Source of the DNA: Phoronis australis
Taxonomy: Eukaryota > Animalia > Phoronida
Assembly: GCA_002633005.1 (NCBI GenBank)
Contig: NMRA01000362.1
Span: 186,001-250,000, forward strand
Reading direction: 5' to 3'
Length of the DNA stretch: 64,000 nucleotides
A model generated the notes under the pieces. That model was given only the letters and a program-made list of their open reading frames with translations. It was not told where the DNA came from and made no database searches. The translations under genes were made by a program, and so were the position numbers. Positions 53,466-64,000 of this stretch are shown piece by piece (the first letter of the stretch is position 1; the number at the start of each line of letters is the position of its first letter).

Positions 53466-56400
53466 ATGGCAGAATCCAGCTCAGAAGAACGGGCACTTTC
53501 TGACGCAGCCAACGTGATAACGAAAGGGTTGCTGGAAAAAGCATTAAAGAAGACAGACCGGACTGAAAATGTCACCGTTAAGGACTTTTCAGTAAAGTGG
53601 GCATCTAAGTTAGGTATGTTTATGAAGTTTATACAAATATACATTAGTGAATCATAATAACAGCCATGCTGGTAAATTATTAGTGTGTCATATATTTGCT
53701 ATTTAGCCTACTTACACAAATACAGTATTGGTCAATTATTTTGGACATTTTTTACTATTTTCGTTGTGCAGGCGTCTACAAGCACAGGTTTCGTATCACT
53801 TTGTACGCTGATACATACTCGAAATGACATCTGAGGCCGATTTCATCTCTTGCCCAAGTCAAGTCAATGTTTTATTTCCAAAAAGCGACTACACGGTTTA
53901 CATTAACACATGAAAGCCAACAAAATTTGACGTTTTGATTTAGAACGCTTATGATTATAAACTGGCTCCATCTTTCGCCTTGCTCAAACAAGAAAAGCTT
54001 GGAAATAACCGGCAGTTCATTCGGTACGGATTGAGGTCATACGCGGTCCATAGAATGATCGACCACCTTTGAGTTATTATGAATTGTTTTTTTCCAAGCC
54101 CGTCTTTTTCAATGGAGCGCTGTCCAAATTGTTCTTGTTGAGCCCGAATTTTCTATAACCTTTGCCCGAACATGTAGGGAAATTGTCCCCTTAACCCGGT
54201 GAGGGTATGTGTTTTTCGGTGTATATCTGTGTGCCTGTTTGTCGATCCCCCTAATGAGTAAAAACATGATTTTTCATTCTTTTGTGCCTTGCGATTATGA
54301 GGGTAGTTTACGTATGGTACTAACACGACCACGCATCGTAAACGTGTGCTGGAAAAAAGAATCCAATAATGACTTTGAGAGGTGCAGACATTCAGCAAGA
54401 GCGTTGATTCAGCGTAAACTTTTTAGGTGTATATTTTTCGCGTGATTGACAATGTTCACTCGATTATTCAGCTCATCTGGCACTAAATTGAAACACGGCT
54501 CGGCTCGTTGCTCTCCGTTTGTGCTGGTCCATAGCGAAAAGATCGGCCCATCCCCCACGTTAGGGTTCATTTGGAAAATTATTTCAGCAGAATATTACTT
54601 TGATCTATCAATAAAGAAATTAATGTTCCAATAGCAGGTGAAAAACTTTAAGATACTTACATGTACCTGCAAACGTTTAGTGTAGCGACTCCAGTCCTGC
54701 CATCAGGTGAAATTCCCCCTTCCTTGCCTGTTTATGTGCTGTCTTTGGTAGCCTCTAGAGTTGCGCCAACCGAGGTGATCAGGTCATTTGCTTCTTTCAT
54801 CCAGTTCCCTCCAGCGGCTGTAGGGATACCACATTTAACGCTCTTCATTCTACACAGTCGCCTCGATGTTCCTTCAGCCTGATGACCCATGTTCTACCTT
54901 GTAAATGAAAGTTTTAACTAAAGTTTATCAAAATTGTTAGTGCCTTCACTTTCCTGTCAACTCCGCCAGTACAGGAAGTCGTCAGGTTGCCATGAAAGGG
55001 TCGGCCTCGTGACTACTGACAGGGATCGCGAAGACGAATGCTGATTGAAACCGAGCGCGGAATGTGCAAGGCACTTTTTGTCTAGTTTTTACTACGGTGC
55101 TACCATTAGCGGATGCCAAAAACGGACTCGAACCTGTTGAAAATATCCCGTAGGTGGGGCACAATACACTGTACGTCATATCTGTCCGAAAATGGGAAAC
55201 AAATGTCGTCACCATAATCAAAACCCATTTACCAAGTTTCATATAAATCCAACATTGAGCTCCGAAGACAATCAGTAAGTCGTAAAAAATAAAATTGTCC
55301 CTAGGGAGTCCACCAATAGTCGAATTGGTCTGAAACTCATCATCATCAGTCGTCAGCTCCATAGAAACACATCTGCCACGTCCTTCAAAGAGTTATGCAA
55401 ATACAGCCGAGGGCGAAAAAACAAAACCTCTAACAGTAGGGTCACAGTAGTCGAATACGTCCGAAAATCAATGACAGCTGTAGTCTCCTCATTAGAAATA
55501 CACCTGCCACTTTCCGTGATGAACCTTCAAGCCGTTTGGGAGATAGAAAGGAGGACGCTAAAAAATAATTGAAAGCAATTTTCAAATGGCCACTAGGCAG
55601 CGCAGAATCATCGAAGATGTCTGAAATAGCAGATTGTCGTTGTTTTTCTGAAACAAAGCTATTTGCCAAATTTCATGAAAATCCATCAAAGAATGCCAAA
55701 GATACAGAGGAAAGAAATTCAACTTCCACTATGGGACACAGTGGTAGTCTAGTCGGTCCAAAATTTGTCGTCATTCACTGCCAGATGGATAAGAACACAG
55801 CAATTAAATCTCATTAAGTTTCTTCAAGGAGTTTAGGAGACACAGCAGCGGACTCTGGACGACGGACGCCCGGGAGCCCGGGCATACAGACAGAAATGAC
55901 GGCGATAGGCACCCACATATAAATATGTCGGCGCATAAAAATGCTTTGATTTCAACAGAAATTTAAAATCTTTAGGGACACCCCGCAAGAACTCCCGGTG
56001 AACAGTTTGTCTTTTGTTTCAGTGACAGAGAACCACTTTGAATAATGCAACTTAGTTTGTTTTTCACATTATAGGTCATTAAATGATTGAGCAATTGTAT
56101 GGTCGTACATGTGATGGGCTGCGTTCAGTAACGCTAAGACAATCGCTATACATTTAAGGTCAGAAGTATCTCGCAAGTCATCATTCCAATCTCGCCAACA
56201 AATCACTTCACTATACACTAGATTCGACATGTAGCTTACTCAAAATTCCCTGTACTTTCGCTAGTAGGATTGCATAGACTCCCTAACCTCGTGAGAGACT
56301 TGCACTTCGTAACGTACATGCAGGCATAACCCAAACTGATCGCAAAACGCATTTGTCGATGATTGTGGAAATAAAGTAAAATACTCCATTGTTTTCAGGT

Positions 56401-57594
56401 GACAACGTGGCCACTTACGTGCTTCGGGTCAAGGTCACGGCACTGCACGATGACGTGGAAGAAGAGCATAACCTTATTGTGAAGACAACGCAACCGAACG
56501 AGGCTATGGGCTCCTTTTTGTTGGAAGGTCGATTATTCAACAAGGAGATCAGTGCATATACGAAGCTATTTCCAGCGTTACTTAAGATGCAAGAGGATCT
56601 AGGGATCGAGCCCGTAGTCCCGTCCGTGCCGAAATTCTACTATGGTCGTGAAGATGCTGTCGATGTTGCAGGCATAGTCATAGTTGAAGATTTGAGACCA
56701 AAGGGATTTCAAATGATCGAAAAGCGCAACGGTGCTGATCTTGACCACTGTAGATTAGTTGTCAAAGAGTTGGCCACGTGGCACGCTTTGACGCTGGCAT
56801 TGAAAAACAGGGATGTGGAGAAGCTGAGACAAGAGTTCGAATTTGCATTTCACGAGGCCCATTTTGGTCTTTCCGCTGAAATTTTGATGAAAAAAATGTT
56901 GAAAGATAGCGTCAAAAACATGGTGATGTTGATCGAAAAGTCACCGTTGTCCTCTGCGGAAGTAAAAAAGCAAGCGAGGAAGTTGTTGAACTTTGAAGAA
57001 CCACTGGAAGAGATAAGAAAAGCAATCCAACCTGAAGAACCATTTGCTCTAATTTGCCATGGCGACAGTTGGTGTAATAACATGATGTTCCGCTACGGGG
57101 ATTGTGACGGAGTTCAGAAGCCTGTTACAATAACTCTTCTTGATCACCAAATTGTCCGATACACACTGCCTACTACTGACTTGTGTTACTTTTTATTTCT
57201 CAATACTTCAAGAAGCTTGCGCAAAGCCCATCTTCAAGATCTTCTAGAGCTCTACCATATGACCTTCGTTAACATCCTTTGACACGTCAAGTTTGAGTTC
57301 CCCGAGTTCACGCTAGACGTCGTCAAAAGCCTGTTCAAGAAGACGGCCATGTTGGGTATAATGTTTGGGAGCATGGCAATTCCCTTCTTCCAAGCGAAGA
57401 CAGAAGAGTTTGAAAAGTATGACAAATTAAGGAGTGAGGTTACTAACGAAGAAGAATGGTTGAAGATGGAAGAACAGATGGCTAACGAAGCGAAGAAAAA
57501 TCGGGAAGAAAGGGGGTTATCCGATTCCGACAAATATATTAGCGAGATTTTTATAGGTTTAGTTGAAGATGCAATCGAACTTGGGATTTTGTAA
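53466..57594 (+). CDS. Ecdysteroid kinase-like (EcKL/DUF227, choline-kinase-like fold) gene with an in-frame TGA at 57280-57282 (nonsense allele, pseudogene or readthrough)
   Basis: Exon 53466-53613 (phase 1) joins 56399-57594 to give KWASKLGDNVATY. Motifs: LIVKT, LFNKEISAY, VEDLRPKGF, ICHGDSWCNNMMF, LLDHQ, DLCYFL. The same frame stays open for 103 sense codons after the TGA, to TAA at 57592-57594. AATAAA at 57709. Confidence 0.85.
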
Positions 57595-60500
57595 CTTTAA
57601 CCAGGACGTCTTGATGGTTGGCAAAGCCAGAAAAAATATATAGATCACAACTCTAATGCAGCTGCTCAACCCTACGTTATGTACATGCAAATAACATGAC
57701 TAATTGAAAATAAAATAACCCACACATTCAAAACCACCGACCTTTTTTGCTGGTCGCTATCATTATAAGACTGTCCTCATTTTGTCCTTACTTAGATTAA
57801 AAGCGATGTCAAGGATTGAAACCGTGCGTCAGTTCGCTGTTGCTTGTACTCTTTCTGGGGTTTTCAGTTTATACTACTAAGAAAGATTTTGACCGCCAAG
57901 CTGTCGATTTCAAATCTATTCCCAAGTGATGCTGTGGTTTCAAATCGACGATAATTAAATACGAAAGTTTCAAAGTAACTCCTGAATCGATGGTTCCGCA
58001 GAGTGGAACGCCATTGGCTTTCGTTCAGCAATGGGGTCGCCAAATTTAAGTTCAATTCGAATAAATTATGCGAATATAAATATCAATTACGCCAGATAGA
58101 AAAAGGTTTTGACACCAGAACATGCGCAACTGAGTTTTAATCTAGCAGCATTGTTGCACCAGCAAACAAAAGAGACCATAAAGTAAACGTAACAAGCCAG
58201 ATTTCTTGTGGCGGGGCTGGGTGTAGTGCTGTGATGGGGCGTATGCGCACGTGGGCGCAGCCAACCACCTTTTGGCGTTTGAACGTAGCGCCTACGCACC
58301 GTAAGTTACGTTCGGTGCTCAAGGTGATACGATGGGCTTAGGGCGCCTACTTACCTCTAATTTTACCACTACACCACTGGGTGTAGGTCACGGTGAACTG
58401 CTAGCTATCTCATTCGAACCGCCATGGTTAATGTTCACGTAAGGTAGCACTGAACAGTTATAGGCTGTAGCCACAGGGCATTTTCTAGAATTTAAATACA
58501 GTTTTAAATATTATTTCTAAGAATGGTATAACATGTTATAAGATGTTGATAAGAATTAATATGTGAACGATGATCAGTCTCATCAGAATTCATATCAACC
58601 AAAATGGAGGTGCGAGATTTTTTACACAAGCATTACTTATTCGAAGTTTAGAAAATATGATTACGACAGTGAAGAAGACAAAATGTACACAATGTCTATT
58701 TTGTTACGTACAACATCATTAAGATTGACGGTAAATATAAAGGGCAAAACTAAACCTTTGAACTAGCAAGGAGCAATGTATGATGCATACAGAAGTATGC
58801 AACAGTCAGGGCATGGACTTCTGGGAGGGAGAGGCGACACAACAATTCGTGATGATCGGCACTAAACATTTTAGCATCAGAAATATTACACAGATTCATT
58901 CAAGTAAGTCAGGCAAACGCATTTTAATTAATAATCCACTGGTGCCACCTGCCACCCCGAAGTGTTGTATCAGAGGGTTCCAGTTCAATCCCGTCCTGAA
59001 GTCATTCTATTACTGCTTATGAATTTCTGTAATTACTTCACGTTTTGTCTCTCCTTTTGCTTAACGTAAATTGAAACATTACAACGTTCTAGAAACCATG
59101 TGTAGCTAGTTGTTGCAACCAGAGGGGGTTGTATATACAAACTTGACTAATGTCCGTGGCGTTGGCGCATTGAATTTTGGAATTAAATGCTGAATGACGT
59201 CAATTTTAACGTGTCTTAAAACGCTACGCAATATTGCCACAAGTCAAACTTTAATAATTCTGCTAAAACTAATGATTGCCTAAAGGTATTTCAACAAATA
59301 TAATATACATTCATTGATTGGCCTTGGTGCATTACAAGCTTCAAGGTGTAAGACATATCAAATTCAAATAGAAAAATGTTCTATAAAGAGTTCTTCTCAC
59401 CCACTTGTTAGACGAAGTACAGGTTCTAGTTCTTATTCTTTGATTGTATTAATTGTCGTAGCTCGCTATATAAATGCAGACAATCTAAATCCGTAGTCAT
59501 GACCATAATATAGAATAGCGCACTATCCCCTGTATGTGAATCCGACACTGTCAAGTATTCACGAGGGAATCTGAGATTCCAAATTCATCAAAAAACACAA
59601 AACATTCTTGCACAGCACAGCCATTTGATCCAAACAACCAAACATTTGAAAAAATACAGTAGGATTGCCGCCATCGAAAGGGTGGAATTTTGAAGAACTT
59701 GTAGACCACTACTTATGAATTACACAAAAGGACTATTTCTGATGGTTAGTTATAAAATAATGGTACTGTTTCCGGTAGTATCACACGAAAAGTATCTCTT
59801 TTGAGGATGGTTGCTATGAGTTGCTTGTAAAATGTAAGGAATTCCCATTTGTGGAAAACACTGCTGTCTAGGCTACTATTTGCAGTGATCGTGTACATGT
59901 CGAAAGGGGTACTCAAAGAACTCTTGCAATCATAAACGAAGATTTCCATGGGTTTTTTTGTCAGTGGAGTTCAAGTTTACTTCGTGAACCGTCATAGGTA
60001 CCTCTGAAAATACAGCGTAATAGGAATGCCCCGTCTTCCATATTCGCCCGGTTATCCGTCAAAAGTCTGCGAGCATGCATGCGGAAATTGGGCATAACAT
60101 TCCTGTTTGATTAACTAATTCGTTGGTTTCTGATTTACTTGTTTAAGTATCTACGAATATCGATAGATTCATAGAGGATTTTTACAATTAGAAGCTAATC
60201 TTGTAAGAATTGGTGATAATTCAGTGAATTTAATTGTTGCCTGAAGTTAGAAAAACTCTATAATACGGTCCCCAAGTAGTAAAGTACACTTAGATGATTT
60301 TTGCATATCTAAAATAATTTTCAAAGGCATTGATGAAATTCGTACCCAAAAACCTTAGATAGAAAAAAAACGTTTTAAAAATCCCTAAATAAATAAAATT
60401 AAACTCATTTCTTGGAAAGGTTGTCTTCGCAGCTCCTTGATGTTTTTAGTTTCCAGTAGTATTGAGTAATGAATTTTTTTTTCTTCAAAACTAAATTGAT

Positions 60501-61041
60501 TGCTTTTCCTGACCGAAGTACCCTCGTTAAAAATAAGATGTAACCCAGCAGTAGGCCACGCAGACTCTCAGGAACAACCACAAGGACTGAATTTGAACTG
60601 CAAGCGTTCAGGAAGTGTGCACATTTTTGGGACACATTATCCTCTTCCCCAGCCACCAGAAACTGAACTATTAAACTCTTAGCCAATGACGTTGGGTATT
60701 ACAATCCACAATCGCGCGGCCTCATGAAAATACTTATTTACTGACGGATTTCATGTCTACGATACGAGCGCTGAATCATGGCGGATCAAATCGCTGCTGC
60801 CATGTCAGCGATTGTGCCAAGCAACAGTCGGGTCTGTTAGGTCATCACTGATTGGTTTAAATTTGGAACGTTCTTAAAGTCCTTCTCCCACGCGTTGTTA
60901 ACCCTTATTACATGGTTAGAGGATGTTACAAGGATCCAAGAAGTACCTACCCCATAATTAATACACGATTCGTACTCGAAAAAAGTTTCAATGAACGCGC
61001 CACTCACGATTCGCACCCGAAGAACCACCGCCATTTTGAAC

Positions 61042-61929
61042 NNNNNNNNNNNNNNNNNNNNNNNNNNNNNNNNNNNNNNNNNNNNNNNNNNNNNNNNNNN
61101 NNNNNNNNNNNNNNNNNNNNNNNNNNNNNNNNNNNNNNNNNNNNNNNNNNNNNNNNNNNNNNNNNNNNNNNNNNNNNNNNNNNNNNNNNNNNNNNNNNNN
61201 NNNNNNNNNNNNNNNNNNNNNNNNNNNNNNNNNNNNNNNNNNNNNNNNNNNNNNNNNNNNNNNNNNNNNNNNNNNNNNNNNNNNNNNNNNNNNNNNNNNN
61301 NNNNNNNNNNNNNNNNNNNNNNNNNNNNNNNNNNNNNNNNNNNNNNNNNNNNNNNNNNNNNNNNNNNNNNNNNNNNNNNNNNNNNNNNNNNNNNNNNNNN
61401 NNNNNNNNNNNNNNNNNNNNNNNNNNNNNNNNNNNNNNNNNNNNNNNNNNNNNNNNNNNNNNNNNNNNNNNNNNNNNNNNNNNNNNNNNNNNNNNNNNNN
61501 NNNNNNNNNNNNNNNNNNNNNNNNNNNNNNNNNNNNNNNNNNNNNNNNNNNNNNNNNNNNNNNNNNNNNNNNNNNNNNNNNNNNNNNNNNNNNNNNNNNN
61601 NNNNNNNNNNNNNNNNNNNNNNNNNNNNNNNNNNNNNNNNNNNNNNNNNNNNNNNNNNNNNNNNNNNNNNNNNNNNNNNNNNNNNNNNNNNNNNNNNNNN
61701 NNNNNNNNNNNNNNNNNNNNNNNNNNNNNNNNNNNNNNNNNNNNNNNNNNNNNNNNNNNNNNNNNNNNNNNNNNNNNNNNNNNNNNNNNNNNNNNNNNNN
61801 NNNNNNNNNNNNNNNNNNNNNNNNNNNNNNNNNNNNNNNNNNNNNNNNNNNNNNNNNNNNNNNNNNNNNNNNNNNNNNNNNNNNNNNNNNNNNNNNNNNN
61901 NNNNNNNNNNNNNNNNNNNNNNNNNNNNN
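61042..61929. other. Assembly gap (888 N)
   Basis: Run of N. The ORFs spanning it are artefacts. Confidence 1.
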
Positions 61930-62496
61930 GCCTGGTAAAGTTTCTATAGAGTAAAGAGAGCATACCATTGGATTGGTGATTGCCCATATAGCATATCAAG
62001 AAGCTTTAATGTATACTGTAATATTTAAAATATGGGCGACCCTTTGAGTGGACACACTGCTTTTCAAGTTGGTTTGCCCCATTGTCATTGTTTAGTTTGA
62101 TTAATGGTATGTGGGTGCCAATAGGATTCAGATTGGGAGAACAGGTCTCACGACTACATACAAAACAGTCCCCTCCATCAATGAATCAGGGCAACTACCT
62201 TTTGTCTTAGGGTCAGCTAAAAAATCAAACAACTTATGTCCATTACTATATCCCCCGGGCATGATCTACCACTGCCTTAGGTGTAGCACTATTCATTTGT
62301 ATGAAAAGTAAATATCTTTACTTTATATGATCAATTTGTAAAAAAAATAAATAGGTTGTGCTGTTCCAATCAATTTTCCTGAAAACTGAAGTCGTATGCA
62401 GACCCCTCAATTTGGTAGAGACACTCTTGGTAATTTTTTCAATTCGAAATTTTGATGTTTACTGAAATAATGTATTATTGTTGACACATCTTGCAG

Positions 62497-62900
62497 GTGC
62501 ACCTGGGGCACCTGTCAGACAACCTCAGTTGTTGAAGAAAGAGTACGTTGCCAAGAGGTTGACAAGGTTGTTGCAAAACTTGATGAAGAAATGAAGCGAG
62601 ACAACTAACACAGAAGAAAAAAATGTATTGTGGAGCATGGGGGTTTAAACCTGTATACATCAATCGTGGTGTTTTGGAGACTGCATGGTTGCAGTACAAA
62701 AGCCAATATCCTGATGGCTATGACAGACCCTTGGATAAAAGGATTTGACACGTAACCTACAGACAGTTCCAAAAATGGGTGCACCGTCACTCAAGACAAA
62801 CTGCCCGTGTTGTCATTCCAGCATGCGCAGTAGCCTGCATCTGAGATTTCTACCCTCCACCAGGAAATGAGGAAGACTTTTGAGTTCCAACGATTTTCTT
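62497..62900 (+). pseudogene. Pseudogenised P2X7 C-terminal ballast / KolX-like gene exon
   Basis: After a CAG acceptor: (W)CTWGTC..ERVRCQE..CIVEHG/FKPVYINRGVLETAWLQY..KRI*HVTYRQFQKWV..RVVIPACAVACI*DFYP. This fits the WCxCGxC..ExxCC..CITxHxxF..RxxAYRQFxxW..PxCxVxxIRxxFP pattern. It has three stops and one frameshift. Confidence 0.75.
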
Positions 62901-64000
62901 AAAAGTTTCACCCATTTATAGATATCAACAGTTGTCTTAGCCCTGGAATGCCAACTCCTCCACATGACCTATGTATTCTGTTATAAAAACTTGGGACTCG
63001 GGAACTAGTTTTATGTAATTCAAACGACTTGCAAAAAGTTGTAGTGACAAATTCTATAGAAAGATCAAACATCGTAACAAACGAATGCAATCGCAGTGCA
63101 ACCTCAGCGGCATGAAATTGAAGTAGACATTCCATGAATAGACTTCTGTAGTTTCAGAATGGTAAATAATTAACACAGCGAGCAGCATTTGTTGATGCTC
63201 ATCAATCTGGTTACTTATAATAACATAGTCATGACAAGTGTAATTCAACTAGGACTACATTATAAACCTCTAAACTCAACATCAGTTAAACTTATGGTTT
63301 ACCTAGGTAAACAGAAGAATTTGTCTCATTAGAGCCCAGTTTGTGTGCTTGAAGCGAACACATTGAACAGTATGGTTGTTACATAAAAAAATAAAAGTTT
63401 AGAATCTGGGCCATAGTCTGAAGTCGAGACTGAATCTTCTGCCCTCTTCTTATACAGTAGAACTCTCTAAATTGGTAGCGCTTCAGTGGGAACTTTAGAA
63501 AGGTTAGCATTAATTCCGCAGTAACGCCTCCAAATAACTCTAACTTTGATGAAATATCTCAGTCTCACTGGATACAACTTAGCGAGTTCTACTGTAATTC
63601 AATGATAAATCAAATAACACGACACAGCAACCATTGAATCTCAACCCATAAGCTCCAGTATGCAATAGCTTTAGATGTCTATGACGTGGTATGAAAACAC
63701 AAAAAGTAAGCACATGAGTAGGAAGTGGGAAATCTGGAGGGAGTGCTTATACCACTCACTCAAAAATTCCCAAGACAATGTTCGAATACTGTGCGAGTGA
63801 TTATTCTGTGTACAATTTAGATGAGATTATCGCACGAAAAGACTGACGACCCAAACAAGTACCTTTTCACCCCCACTTAAGAAAGTCTTCCTATACAGAC
63901 CCACTGTATGGGACAGCAGCAGTTTCGTGCAAATCAAATATACTTAAAAAAGCTATGCCGCAATATTTATAGTCATTGTATTGAAGAACCATTGAAATGT

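Larger units (their letters stand above)
60874..62900. mobile_element. Kolobok-like DNA transposon remnant spanning the gap
   Basis: TTAA|AGTCCTTCTCCCACG terminus at 60874 (TTAA target plus purine-purine start, as in Kolobok), followed after the gap by a KolX-like pseudogene. The opposite terminus was not found. Confidence 0.5.

Noticed and set aside
57280-57720. Selenoprotein interpretation of the EcKL TGA
   Set aside because: The position is not a Cys-type catalytic site, and no AUGA..AA..GA SECIS stem was evident by eye before the poly(A) signal.
60912-61999. Long ORFs of 315-345 aa
   Set aside because: They consist almost entirely of N-gap codons.

Overview
This is eukaryotic, spliced invertebrate-type draft genomic DNA: AT-rich, with GT-AG introns, a single-N join at 4341 and an 888-nt N gap at 61042-61929. 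I reconstructed five intron-containing genes by hand from splice sites, exon phases and protein motifs. (1) A 5'-incomplete + strand gene (54-6777) joins PARP14/NMI-type RRM-like repeats to a stonustoxin-like MACPF/CDC module, a Cys/His zinc-binding linker, a septin/AIG1-like P-loop GTPase, a second Cys/His domain, coiled coils and a G/Y/R/S-rich tail. It is the best candidate for a novel system: a possible sensor-GTPase-pore-former immune or toxin effector. Its apparent frameshift and double GTPase come from a ~496-bp uncollapsed haplotype overlap. (2) A CYTH/CyaB-like gene on the - strand lies head-to-head with (3) a Suv4-20/KMT5B H4K20 methyltransferase. (4) A PAQR/adiponectin-receptor-like 7TM gene follows. 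(5) An ecdysteroid-kinase-like (EcKL) gene carries an in-frame TGA followed by 103 more sense codons. The window also holds a decayed CR1/L2-type LINE with a nested insert, a Kolobok-like DNA transposon end with a pseudogenised KolX/P2X7-ballast gene, several palindromic MITE-like elements and a 34-bp x5 minisatellite. All family assignments come from motif recognition by eye; no database searches were run.
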